Shown here: in pieces, positions 29,894 through 39,253 of the stretch
Position numbering within the stretch: the stretch's first letter is position 1
How the letters are laid out: the number at the start of each line of letters is the position of its first letter
Source: an uncultured Actinomycetes bacterium
GTDB taxonomy: Bacteria; Actinomycetota; Thermoleophilia; Gaiellales; JAICJC01
Length of the DNA stretch: 64,000 nt
Direction: 5' to 3'
NCBI GenBank assembly: GCA_963731515.1
Contig: CAVSVU010000014.1
Span: 547,941-611,940, forward strand
Made by a program: the position numbers and the translations under genes
The notes under the pieces: generated by a model
What the model was told of the DNA's origin: nothing
What the model saw: the letters and a program-made list of their open reading frames with translations, nothing else
The model's database searches: none

Positions 29894-30222
29894 TGCAGAT
29901 CCCGGCCATCTCAAACGGCGTTTCCGGCATCACCGGCGTCTCCGGGCTCTCCGGCGGCACGGACGGCGTCGGCTCGGTCTCCGGCTCGGGCTCCGGCTCG
30001 GGCGGCGGCTTCGGCTCGATGCTGACGAGCGCGATCTCCAGCCTGAACGACTCGCAGAACACGGCCTCCACCGACTCGGTCGCGCTGGCCACCGGCCAGG
30101 CCTCCGACGTCACCTCCGTGGTCAGCGACGTCGAGAAGGCGAACCTCGAGATGCAACTGGCTGTTCAGGTTCGCAACAAGGCTGTCGATGCGTACGAGGA
30201 AATCATGCGGATGCAGATCTAG
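29893..30222 (+). CDS. fliE: Flagellar hook-basal body protein FliE
   Basis: TGATG overlap with flgC. C-terminal DVTSVVSDVEKANLEMQLAVQVRNKAVDAYEEIMRMQI is the FliE signature. Confidence 0.85.
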   Translation: MQIPAISNGVSGITGVSGLSGGTDGVGSVSGSGSGSGGGFGSMLTSAISSLNDSQNTASTDSVALATGQASDVTSVVSDVEKANLEMQLAVQVRNKAVDAYEEIMRMQI

Positions 30223-30236
30223 CCGCCTCGTACCGC

Positions 30237-30281
30237 CCGCAGAACCTCCCCCGCCCCTCCGCAGAACCTCCCCCCGCCCCC
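30237..30281. repeat. Tandem direct repeat (2 copies of about 22 bp, CCGCAGAACCTCCCCC(C)GCCCC) in the fliE-fliF spacer
   Basis: Read directly: 30237-30258 and 30259-30281. C-rich on the sense strand. No Shine-Dalgarno precedes fliF. Confidence 0.7.
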
Positions 30282-30302
30282 GCCTAACCCCCCGCCTCGC
30301 AC

Positions 30303-31841
30303 ATGCCCAACTTCTCCAGCATCAAGGACACGTGGAAGAGCATCGAGCCGCGCGGCCAGCTCACGATGGTCGTGTCGTTCCTGCTCATCCTCGTGACCGC
30401 GTACTTCCTCTTCAACTACGCGACGAAGCCGAGCTACACGACCCTCCAGACCGGCCTCGCTCCGACGCAGACCAACCGGGTCACCCAGGCCCTCGCCGGC
30501 GCCGGCGTCGCGTACAAGGTGGGCAACGGCGGCACGACCGTGAGCGTCGCTCAGAGCCAGCTCTCCGCCGCACAGGTCGCGCTCGCGTCGGCAGGCGTCG
30601 GCCCCGGCTCGCAGCCCGGCCTCGCGAACTTCACCAAGACGAACCTCGGCCAGACGGACGCCCAGCAGAAGGCGATGTACCAGCTCGGCCTGCAGGGCGA
30701 CATCGAACGCCAGATCGAGAGCATCACCGGCATCTCGTCCGCCCAGGTGCAGATCGTCATGCCGACCGACACGCTCTTCGCCGACCAGGCCTCGGAGGCG
30801 TCCGCATCCGTGCTCCTGACGACGGATGCGACCTTCGACCCGGGCGCCGTGAGCGGGATCGCCCACATGGTCGCCTCCGGCGTCCAGGGGCTCTCGAGCC
30901 AGAACGTCACGATCACCGACCAGACCGGCGCGATGCTGTGGCCGGGCGGCTCGGTCGGCGCCGACGGCATGCCCGGCGCGACCTCGAAGCTGGCCGTCCA
31001 GCAGAGCTACGACTCGCAGCTCGCCGCCCGCGTCGACGGGCTGCTCGCGCAGACGCTCGGCAGCGACAAGGGCCAGGCGCAGGTGAGCTCCGACCTGAAC
31101 ATGGATCAGGTCACCCAGGACTCGGTCAAGTACGACGGCACCAAGGTGCCGCTGACGAACCAGACCTCCAAGGAGAACCTGCAGTCCACGAGCGGCAGCA
31201 CCTCGGGCGTCGCCGGCACCTCGGCCAACATCCCCCCGGTGTACTCCGCCGCGAGCGGCAAGAGCGGTGCCCCCACCGTGTACCTGAACACCACCGGGAA
31301 CACGAGCTACGGCGCCAACAAGACGGTCAGCCACACCGTGGTCGCCCCGGGCGCCGTCAACCAGCTGCACGTCGCGCTCCTGTTCGACTCGTCCGTGCCG
31401 CCCAAGGCCCAGCACGCCCTGCAGGCGACCGTCGCCACGATGGTCGGCCTCGTCCCCAGCCGCGGCGACACGATCTCGATGGCGAGCGTGCCGTTCCAGA
31501 AGCAGACCGCGGCGGCCGGCGCCGGCGGCGGGCCGCTCGGCATGATCGGCGTCTCCAGCCCGTCGGTGCTCGTCCGCGACGCGCTGATCGGCCTGGCCGC
31601 GCTCGTCTTCCTCTTCATGCTGCGCCGCAACCTGAAGAGCCGTGAGGGCGACGCCCGCTTCGCCGAGCCGACCTGGCTGCGCGAGATCTCGCAGGCGACG
31701 CCGATCGCCGCCCTCGAGGCCGCCACCATGCCGTCCGGGGCCGTCCAGCATCGCGAGCTGATGCAGAAGGAGGCCGAGGAGATCGTCCAGCGCCAGCCCG
31801 AGCACGTCGCCCTCCAGGTGCAGCAGTGGATGAACGAGTAG
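30303..31841 (+). CDS. fliF: Flagellar MS-ring protein FliF
   Basis: 512 aa. N-terminal TM (MVVSFLLILVTAYFLF). YscJ/FliF-type periplasmic domain. Second TM near the C-terminus (LIGLAALVFLFML). Confidence 0.9.
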   Translation: MPNFSSIKDTWKSIEPRGQLTMVVSFLLILVTAYFLFNYATKPSYTTLQTGLAPTQTNRVTQALAGAGVAYKVGNGGTTVSVAQSQLSAAQVALASAGVGPGSQPGLANFTKTNLGQTDAQQKAMYQLGLQGDIERQIESITGISSAQVQIVMPTDTLFADQASEASASVLLTTDATFDPGAVSGIAHMVASGVQGLSSQNVTITDQTGAMLWPGGSVGADGMPGATSKLAVQQSYDSQLAARVDGLLAQTLGSDKGQAQVSSDLNMDQVTQDSVKYDGTKVPLTNQTSKENLQSTSGSTSGVAGTSANIPPVYSAASGKSGAPTVYLNTTGNTSYGANKTVSHTVVAPGAVNQLHVALLFDSSVPPKAQHALQATVATMVGLVPSRGDTISMASVPFQKQTAAAGAGGGPLGMIGVSSPSVLVRDALIGLAALVFLFMLRRNLKSREGDARFAEPTWLREISQATPIAALEAATMPSGAVQHRELMQKEAEEIVQRQPEHVALQVQQWMNE

Positions 31842-31852
31842 CACCCGCGACG

Positions 31853-32860
31853 ATGACGCTGACCGGCCGCCGCAAGGCCGCCGTCCTGCTCGTCTCGCTC
31901 GGCGCGCGCGGCGCCGCCGAGGTCTTCAAGCACCTGCCGAACGAGGTCATCGAGCAGCTCACGGTCGAGATGGCGCGCACGCCCACCGTCGAGCCGGAGC
32001 AGGCGAGCTCGGTGATGGAGGAGCTCGTCGCGATGGCGAACGCCCGCGGCTACATCGCCGAGGGCGGCCTGCGCTACGCCCGCGAGGTGCTGGAGAAGTC
32101 GGTCGGCAGCGCCCGCGCCGGCGAGATCATGAACCGGCTCTCGGTGATCATCGAGACGACGCCGTTCGAGTTCCTGCGGCAGACGCCGCCCGACCAGATC
32201 GCCGCGTTCCTCGCGAACGAGCATCCCCAGACCGTCGCCATGGTCGTCGCGCAGCTGCCGAACACCGCCCTGGCCGCCAAGGTGATGGAGCTGCTCCCGC
32301 TCGAGCTCCAGGCCGACGTCGCCGTCCGCATCGCCACCATGGGCCAGACCTCCCCGGAGGTCGTCAAGGAGGTCGCCCGGGTGATGGAGGGCAAGCTCGA
32401 GACCGTGCTCCAGCGCGAGTGGGCCGCCGCCGGCGGCGTGCGCTCGCTCGCCGCGATCCTGAACGCGGCCAACCGCACCACCGAGCGCAACATCCTCGAC
32501 CACCTCCAGCAGGAGGACGAGGCGGTCGCCAACGAGGTGCGCGGGCTCCTGTTCGTCTTCGAGGACGTCCTCAACCTGGACGACCGCGCCCTGCAGATGG
32601 TGCTGCGCGAGGTCGACGCCAAGGATCTCGGCCTGGCCATGCGCGGCGCCTCGACCGAGGTGCAGGAGAAGATCCTCTCCAACATGTCCCAGCGCGGCGC
32701 CGAGATGCTCCGCGAGGAGATGGAGTACATGCCGCCGCAGCGGCGCAAGGTCGTCGAGGAGGCGCAGTCGAAGATCGTGGGCGTCGTGCGCAAGCTGGAC
32801 GACGCCGGCGAGCTCGTGATCTCGCGCGGCGGCGACGACGAGGACGAGTTGATTGGCTGA
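31853..32860 (+). CDS. fliG: Flagellar motor switch protein FliG
   Basis: MTLTGRRKAAVLLVSLG start. EHPQTVAMVVAQL. C-terminal torque helix region (ILSNMSQRGAEMLREEMEYM). Confidence 0.9.
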   Translation: MTLTGRRKAAVLLVSLGARGAAEVFKHLPNEVIEQLTVEMARTPTVEPEQASSVMEELVAMANARGYIAEGGLRYAREVLEKSVGSARAGEIMNRLSVIIETTPFEFLRQTPPDQIAAFLANEHPQTVAMVVAQLPNTALAAKVMELLPLELQADVAVRIATMGQTSPEVVKEVARVMEGKLETVLQREWAAAGGVRSLAAILNAANRTTERNILDHLQQEDEAVANEVRGLLFVFEDVLNLDDRALQMVLREVDAKDLGLAMRGASTEVQEKILSNMSQRGAEMLREEMEYMPPQRRKVVEEAQSKIVGVVRKLDDAGELVISRGGDDEDELIG

Positions 32861-33470
32861 GGTCTTCGAATTCACGGCGCTCGAGCGCCCCGCCTTCCTC
32901 GTCGAGGACTCCGCCTCGACCGAGGAGCGCGCCGCCGCGCTCCAGGCAGAGGCCCAGCACAACGGCTACCAGGAGGGTCTCGAGCGCGGCATGGCCGAGG
33001 CCCGCGCGCGCGTCGAGCGGGCCCTCGAGGCCGTCGCCGCCGCCGAGCAGGAGATCGCCGGGCTGCACGACCGCCACGTCGCGGAGACCGAGGCAGCCGC
33101 CGTCGACCTCGCCTTCCAGATCGCCGAGAAGGTGATCGGCGCGACCGTCGCCTCCGACCGCGAGGCCGTGCTGAGCGTCGTCTCCGGCGCGCTCCTGCGC
33201 ACGACCGACCGCGACCACCTCGTGCTGGAGGTGAACCCCGACGACTTCGACCTCGTGCGCGAGTCGGCGGCGGAGCTCGCCGCCCGGCTCGGGGGCATCA
33301 ACCGGATGGAGGTCGTCTCGGAGCGGCGGGTCGAGCCGGGCGGGTGCGTCGTGCGCACCGAGGCCGGCGAGATCGACGCCCGCGTGACCTCGCAGCTCGA
33401 GCGCGTCCGCCAGCTGCTCGCCGAGGCGGGCGGCGCGACGCCGGCCGCCGCGGAGCCCCGCGGTGCCTGA
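32853..33470 (+). CDS. fliH: Flagellar export apparatus protein FliH
   Basis: TTG start overlapping the fliG stop. Coiled Ala/Glu-rich middle and C-terminal GGCVVRTEAGEIDARVTSQLE are typical of FliH. Confidence 0.8.
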   Translation: MAEVFEFTALERPAFLVEDSASTEERAAALQAEAQHNGYQEGLERGMAEARARVERALEAVAAAEQEIAGLHDRHVAETEAAAVDLAFQIAEKVIGATVASDREAVLSVVSGALLRTTDRDHLVLEVNPDDFDLVRESAAELAARLGGINRMEVVSERRVEPGGCVVRTEAGEIDARVTSQLERVRQLLAEAGGATPAAAEPRGA

Positions 33471-35322
33471 GTCGACCGCGGAGCGGCCGCTCGCCGCCCA
33501 CGCCCGGGCGATCGCCGAGGCAGACCTGCAGAGCCACCGCGGCCGCGTCACGAACCTGATCGGCCTCGTCATCGAGGCCACCGGCCTGCGGGCCGAGGTG
33601 GGCGAGCTGGTCACGATCGCCGGGGGGCGCAACCGGCCCGCCGTCCCCGCCGAGGTGGTCGGCTTCCGCAACGGCCGCGCGCTGCTCATGCCGCTCGGCG
33701 ACATGCGCGGCATCGCTCCGGGCACGGTGGTCGCCCCGACGGGCGGCCCGTTCCGGGTCCCGGTCGGCGACGCCCTGCTCGGCCGCGTGCTCGACGGGCT
33801 CGGGCGGCCGATCGACGGCGGCCCCGAGATCTCCGGCGGCCGGCCGCGGGTGGTGGCGGGCTCACCGCCGTCGCCCATGGACCGGCCCCGCATCACCGAG
33901 CGGCTGGACCTCGGCGTGCGCGCGCTCGACGCGCTCGTCCCCTGCGGCCGCGGCCAGCGGCTGGGCATCTTCGCCGGCTCCGGCGTCGGCAAGTCGACGC
34001 TGCTCGGCTCGATCGCGCGGGCGACGACCGCCTCGGTGAACGTGATCTGCCTCGTCGGCGAGCGCGGCCGCGAGCTGCTCGAGTTCATCGAGCGCGACCT
34101 CGGCGACGCGCTCTCCCGCTCGGTCGTGATCGTCGCCACCTCCGACCAGCCGGCGCTCGTGCGCATCAAGGCGGCCCTCGTGGCGACGACGATCGCCGAG
34201 CACTTCCGCGACTCCGGCGCCGACGTGCTGCTCATGATGGACTCGGTCACGCGCCTGGCGATCGCCCAGCGCGAGGTCGGCCTGGCCATCGGCGAGCCGC
34301 CCGCGACGCGCGGCTACACGCCGAGCGTCTTCGCCATGCTGCCGCAGCTGCTCGAGCGCGCGGGCACGTCCGGGCGCGGCTCGATCACCGGCCTCTACAC
34401 CGTCCTCGTCGAGGGCGACGACATGAACGAGCCGATCGCCGACGCCGTGCGCTCGATCCTCGACGGCCACTGCGTGCTCACGCGCAGCCTCGCCCACAAG
34501 AGCCACTACCCGGCGATCGACATCCTCCAGTCGGTGTCGCGCCTGGCCACGGAGATCACGAGCCCGGCCGTCCAGTCGGCGGCCGCCGCCCTGCGCGAGA
34601 CGCTCGCCGCGTACCGGGCCAAGGAGGACCTGATCACGATCGGGGCCTACAGCTCCGGCGCCGATCCCGGCGTCGACTACGCGATCGCGAAGGTGCCGGA
34701 GATCGACGCGTTCCTGCGCCAGCCGGCCGACGAGGCCACCGACGCCACGGAGACCGATCTGCGCCTGATGGAGCTCATGGCCGACCGCGACACGCCCGCT
34801 CAGATTGCAGAACCTCCAGCAACAGGTACTTCAATTGCGACGCACTGGCGTCGATTATGGGAACGCCAACCGTCTGCTGGAGGCCTGATGCCGACCGAAG
34901 AGCCCACCCGCCAGCTCGTCATCTTCTCGCTCGGGAGCGAGGAGTACGCGCTGCCGATCACCCGCGTGCAGGAGATCATCCGCTACACGGAGCCGCGCAG
35001 CGTGGCCTCGCAGACGCCCTGGATCCGCGGTGTCATCAACCTCCGCGGCAACATCGTGCCCGTGTGCGACCTGGCCGAGCGGCTGGGCCTGCGGCTCGAG
35101 CGCCCGGAGGGCGCCAAGATCGTCATCGTCGAGACGGCCACCGGCACCGCCGGCGTCATCGTCGACGACGTGGACGAGGTCATGACCGTCACGGCCGACC
35201 AGCTCGAGGACATCCCCACGGCGGACGGCGCGTACGTCGACGCGGTCGCCAAGGTCGGTGACCGCCTCGCGATCCTGCTGAATCCGGACGGCCTGTTCGC
35301 GGGCGTCCAGATCGCCGCGTAG
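33463..35322 (+). CDS. fliI: Flagellum-specific ATPase FliI; the ORF has no stop and continues in frame through an 88-nt spacer into cheW
   Basis: Walker A GIFAGSGVGKSTLLG. Walker B LLMMDSVTR. The FliI-like sequence ends near ...TDLRLMELMADR (about 34790). Codon bias collapses over 34799-34887. Confidence 0.85.
   Translation: MPESTAERPLAAHARAIAEADLQSHRGRVTNLIGLVIEATGLRAEVGELVTIAGGRNRPAVPAEVVGFRNGRALLMPLGDMRGIAPGTVVAPTGGPFRVPVGDALLGRVLDGLGRPIDGGPEISGGRPRVVAGSPPSPMDRPRITERLDLGVRALDALVPCGRGQRLGIFAGSGVGKSTLLGSIARATTASVNVICLVGERGRELLEFIERDLGDALSRSVVIVATSDQPALVRIKAALVATTIAEHFRDSGADVLLMMDSVTRLAIAQREVGLAIGEPPATRGYTPSVFAMLPQLLERAGTSGRGSITGLYTVLVEGDDMNEPIADAVRSILDGHCVLTRSLAHKSHYPAIDILQSVSRLATEITSPAVQSAAAALRETLAAYRAKEDLITIGAYSSGADPGVDYAIAKVPEIDAFLRQPADEATDATETDLRLMELMADRDTPAQIAEPPATGTSIATHWRRLWERQPSAGGLMPTEEPTRQLVIFSLGSEEYALPITRVQEIIRYTEPRSVASQTPWIRGVINLRGNIVPVCDLAERLGLRLERPEGAKIVIVETATGTAGVIVDDVDEVMTVTADQLEDIPTADGAYVDAVAKVGDRLAILLNPDGLFAGVQIAA
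34831..34857 (+). promoter_or_regulatory. Sigma-28-type promoter candidate in the fliI-cheW spacer
   Basis: TCAA-N15-GTCGATTA. It has the same -10 variant as the flagellin promoter. Followed by GGAGG and ATG 34888. Confidence 0.55.
34888..35322 (+). CDS. cheW: Chemotaxis coupling protein CheW (own SD and ATG, same frame as fliI)
   Basis: GGAGG lies 5 nt upstream of the ATG. MPTEEPTRQLVIFSLGSEEYALPITRVQEIIRY...INLRGNIVPVCDL is a full-length 144-aa CheW. Confidence 0.8.
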   Translation: MPTEEPTRQLVIFSLGSEEYALPITRVQEIIRYTEPRSVASQTPWIRGVINLRGNIVPVCDLAERLGLRLERPEGAKIVIVETATGTAGVIVDDVDEVMTVTADQLEDIPTADGAYVDAVAKVGDRLAILLNPDGLFAGVQIAA

Positions 35323-35384
35323 CCGCGGGCAGCCCGGCCACCCGGCCCGCCTCCCCACTCCTTGGTATCGGTGTCGCCGGACCT

Positions 35385-35411
35385 GTATTTCGCGGCCCCG
35401 GCTGCCGATAA
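35385..35411 (+). promoter_or_regulatory. Weak sigma-28-type promoter candidate upstream of cheB
   Basis: Perfect -10 GCCGATAA but a poor -35 (GTAT at N15). Only 15 nt separate the -10 from the cheB ATG, and no SD is visible. Confidence 0.3.
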
Positions 35412-35426
35412 CCAGACCGGCCCGCC

Positions 35427-36476
35427 ATGTCCGCGTACACCCCTGCCTTCTCCAAGCCGATCCGCGTCGTCGTCGCCGACGACTCGGCGTTCATGCGCCG
35501 CCTCATCACCGACGCGCTGACCGAGCGGGGAGCGCAGGTCGTCGGCGTCGGCCGCGACGGCGACGAGGCGCTCGAGCTGTGCGCCCTGCACCGCCCCGAC
35601 GTGCTCTCGCTCGACCTGGCCATGCCGGGCAAGGACGGCATCGCCGTCCTGCGCGAGCTGCGCCGGATCGGGTCGCCGGTGGCCGTGGTCGTCGTCTCGG
35701 CGTTCTCGCCCGCGCACGGCGCCCACGCCGTCGACGCGCTCTCGGAGGGCGCCGTCGAGCTGGTCGCCAAGCCGACCGGCGCGGCCCTGGCCGCGGGCTT
35801 CTTCGGCGAGCTCTACGACAAGATGTGCCTGGCGGCGATCTCGCGCCGGCCGCGAACGCCGTTGCCCGCCGCGGCCACCCCGCGCCCGGCCCCGCTGCGA
35901 CGCGCGGCGCGCGGCCCCAGGCGCGCCGTCGTGATCGCCTGCTCCACCGGCGGGCCGAAGGCGCTCGCCAGCCTCGTCCCGGCCCTCCCGGCCGATCTCG
36001 GCGACGGCACCGTGATCGTCCAGCACATGCCCCCCGGCTTCACGGCGTCGCTTGCGACCCGGCTCGACAACGCCTCCGGCCTCACCGTCACCGAGGCCCG
36101 GGGCGGCGAGCGGCTCACGCCGGCGACCGCGCTGGTCGCGCCCGGCGGCCGCCACCTGCACCTGCACGAGGGCGGCCGGGTCACGCTCGGCGACGAGCCC
36201 GAGATCGGCGGCCTGCGCCCGCGCGCGGACATCACGATCCGCGACGCGGCCCGCGTCTTCGGCGAGCGCATGGTGCTCGTCGTCCTCACCGGCATGGGCA
36301 AGGACGGCCTCGACGGCGCCCGCGACGTGCGCCGCGCCGGCGGCCGGATCCTGATCGAGGCCGAGGCCACGTGCACCGTCTACGGCATGCCCCGCGCGGT
36401 GGCCGAGGCCGGCCTGGCCGACGTCCAGCTGCCCCTGCACGAGCTGCCCTACGCGATCGCCGCGGAGGCCGCGTGA
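35427..36476 (+). CDS. cheB: Chemotaxis response regulator protein-glutamate methylesterase CheB
   Basis: Receiver (VVVADDSAFMR...LSLDLAMPGKDG) plus methylesterase domain (IACSTGGPKAL, QHMPPGFT, LTGMGKDG). Confidence 0.9.
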   Translation: MSAYTPAFSKPIRVVVADDSAFMRRLITDALTERGAQVVGVGRDGDEALELCALHRPDVLSLDLAMPGKDGIAVLRELRRIGSPVAVVVVSAFSPAHGAHAVDALSEGAVELVAKPTGAALAAGFFGELYDKMCLAAISRRPRTPLPAAATPRPAPLRRAARGPRRAVVIACSTGGPKALASLVPALPADLGDGTVIVQHMPPGFTASLATRLDNASGLTVTEARGGERLTPATALVAPGGRHLHLHEGGRVTLGDEPEIGGLRPRADITIRDAARVFGERMVLVVLTGMGKDGLDGARDVRRAGGRILIEAEATCTVYGMPRAVAEAGLADVQLPLHELPYAIAAEAA

Positions 36477-37267
36477 TGTCCCAGCCCGCCTTCACGCGCG
36501 ACGACTACCGCGACTTCTGCGAGGGCGTGCGCCGCCTGACCGGCATCGACCTGGCCCAGTACAAGCGGCCCCAGATGGAGCGCCGCATCCGCTCGTTCGC
36601 CGACCGCCGCGGCGTCGGCGGGCTGCCCGAGTACCTGTCCGCGCTCGCCGCCGACCGCGACGCCCTCGAGGGGTTCCTCGACCGGATGACGATCAACGTC
36701 TCCCAGCTCTGGCGCAACCCCGAGCAGTGGGCGCGGCTGGGGCAGGCGATCCTCCCCGAGCTGGCCCGCACCGGCACGATCCGGGCCTGGAGCGCCGGCT
36801 CGTCCTACGGCGCCGAGGCCTACACGCTGGCCGCCGTCTGCCGCCGCGCCGTCCCGGGCTGCCGGGTCGAGATCCGCGGCACCGACATCGACGCCCGCAT
36901 GGTGGCGCGCGCCCGCGAGGGCCGGTTCAGCGCCGACGACGCCCGGACGGCGCCGCCGGCCGAGCTCGAGCGCGCCTTCGACCGCGACGGCGACGGCTGG
37001 CGGGCCAGGCCGGAGCTGCGGATGATGGCCAGGTTCGCGACCGGCGACCTGCTCCGCGACCCGGTGCCGCAGGGCTCGTTCGACCTGATCCTGTGCCGCA
37101 ACGTCGTCATCTACTTCACCGAGCCGGTGCGCGACGGCCTGCACGAGCGGCTGGCGAGCGCCCTGCGCCCGGGCGGCTATCTGATGGTCGGCTCGAGCGA
37201 GCGCGTCGCGACGCCCCAGGCGTTCGGCCTTTCCACCGCCCACCCCTTCATCTACCGGAGGGCGTGA
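36476..37267 (+). CDS. cheR: Chemotaxis protein methyltransferase CheR
   Basis: TGATG overlap with cheB. INVSQLWRNPEQW. SAM-binding IRAWSAGSSYGAEAYTLA. LILCRNVVIYF. Confidence 0.9.
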   Translation: MSQPAFTRDDYRDFCEGVRRLTGIDLAQYKRPQMERRIRSFADRRGVGGLPEYLSALAADRDALEGFLDRMTINVSQLWRNPEQWARLGQAILPELARTGTIRAWSAGSSYGAEAYTLAAVCRRAVPGCRVEIRGTDIDARMVARAREGRFSADDARTAPPAELERAFDRDGDGWRARPELRMMARFATGDLLRDPVPQGSFDLILCRNVVIYFTEPVRDGLHERLASALRPGGYLMVGSSERVATPQAFGLSTAHPFIYRRA

Positions 37268-39243
37268 TGGACACCTCCGAGTACCTGGGCATGTTCCTCG
37301 CCGAGAGCCGCGAGCACCTGCAGACGCTGAACCTGGCGGTGATCCGCATCGAGGAGGCGCCGGACGACGGCGCCACCATCGACGAGATCTTCCGCATCGC
37401 CCACTCCCTGAAGGGGATGAGCGCCACGATGGGCTTCGCGCGGATGGCCGCGCTGACGCACACGATGGAGGACGTGTTCGAGACCCTGCGCGGGCGCACC
37501 GGCGCGCTCGAGCGGCGGGTGATCGACGTCCTGCTGGAGTGCCTGGACGCGCTCGAGGGCGCCGTCGAGGCGATCGAGCGCGACGGCGACGAGCAGCTCG
37601 ACCCGACCGCCCTGATCGCCCGGCTGGGCGAGCTCGTGGGCGCCGCCCCCGCCCCGGCCGCCGCCGCGACGCCCGAGGCCGTCGCCGCCTACACGGCCGG
37701 CGCCCCCCTTCTGCACGTGTCGGTCGCGCTGGCCGCCGACGTCGTGATGCCGGCCGTTCGCGCGTACATGACGCTCGCCGCCGTCGCCGACCACGGCGAG
37801 ACGATCTGGAGCTCGCCCACCCCGGACGAGGTGGACGCGTTCAGCGGCTCCGCCGTCGAGGCGTGGGTGGCGACCGAGCACGACGCCGGCACGATCGAGG
37901 CCGCCGTCCGGGCCGTCCCCGACGTCGCCGACGTGACCGTGGCGCTCGCGCAGGCCGGCTCCACCGAGCCCGTCGCCCCGCCCGCCGCGCCGGCCGTGGC
38001 CGCCGCACCCGGCCCGCGGCGCCGGCCCACGCCGCGCCCCAGGCGCGCAGGACCTCCGCGACCGTCCGCGTCGACGCCGTCCGGCTCGACCAGCTGATGC
38101 ACTTCATGGGCGAGCTCGTCGTCCACCGCACCCGGGTCGAGTCGCTCGCGCAGGGCGCCGCGATCGAGGGCCTGGCCGAGGCGGTCGGCGACCTCACCCG
38201 CAGCTCCCAGGCGCTGCAGGCGCTCGTGATGCAGGTGCGGATGATCGAGGTCGATGCCGTCTTCATGCGCTTCCCCCGGCTCGTTCGCGACCTGTCCGCC
38301 AAGATGGGCAAGCAGGTCGACCTGATCCTGACCGGCCGCGACACCGAGCTCGACCGCACCGTGGTCGACGCCCTCGGCGACCCGCTCGTGCACCTCGTCC
38401 GCAACTCGCTCGACCACGCGCTCGAGACCCCCGCCGAGCGCGAGGCCGCCGGCAAGCCCGCGACCGGCGTGCTCGAGCTCTGCGCCCGCCAGGCCGGCGG
38501 CAACGTCGTCATCACCGTGCGCGACGACGGCCGCGGCATCGATCCCGCCCGCGTGGCCCGCAAGGCCGCCGAGCGCGGCCTGATCCGCGCCGAGGAGGCC
38601 GCCTCGGTCGACATGCCCCGGGCCGTCGAGCTCGTGTTCGCCGCCGGCTTCTCGACCGCCGAGCAGACGAGCGACATCTCCGGCCGCGGCGTCGGCATGG
38701 ACGCCGTGCGCTCGACGCTTCGCGGCCTCGGCGGCAACGTCGTCATGACATCGGAGCAGGGCGTCGGCACCACCGTTCAGGTGCGCCTGCCGCTGACGCT
38801 CGCGATCATGCCCGCCCTGCTCGTCGAGTCGCAGCACCGTGCCCTTCGCCATCCCGCTCGAGCGGGTGGAGCGGACGGTGAACCTGGCCGAGCAGACCGT
38901 GCGCTCGGTGACGGGCCGGCGCATGCTCGTCCTGCCGGACGGGGTGCTGCCGCTGGTCGACCTGGCCGCGGCGCTCGGATACGAGCCGGCCCCGGAGGCC
39001 GCGTTCGTGGTGATCGCCCGCGGCGCCGAGCAGCGCATGGCGCTCGTGGTGGAGCGGCTGGTGGGGCAGCAGGAGCTGGTGACCCGGCCGCTGCCGGCCG
39101 AGGCGGGCTCGCAGAGCTGCCTCTCGGGCGGCGCGGTGCTCTCCGACGGGACGATCAGCCTGATCGTCGACTGTGACGCGCTCGCCGAGACCCGCCCGGG
39201 TCACCGGCAGGGCGCGGCTTCTGGACTTCAAACCGCGGCATGA
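37267..39243 (+). pseudogene. cheA: Chemotaxis histidine kinase CheA, interrupted by two frameshifts
   Basis: The Hpt domain (FRIAHSLKGMSATMGF) is in the first frame. The dimerisation and HATPase domains (VRVDAVRLDQLM...DDGRGID...GRGVGMDAV) are in a second frame from about 38010-38040. The CheW-like domain (PFAIPLERVE...) is in a third frame from about 38836. Confidence 0.85.
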
Positions 39244-39253
39244 GGAGCGTGAG

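Noticed and set aside
34769-34888. An alternative frame of the fliI-cheW spacer (…LRLQNLQQQVLQLRRTGVDYGNANRLLEA*) as the true FliI C-terminus, ending at the TGATG overlap.
   Set aside because: Codons in this frame are as A/T-ending and atypical as in the other frames (aga, ttg, caa, gta, ctt, tat). The stretch therefore looks non-coding in every frame. I kept it only as a possibility inside the fliI-cheW finding.
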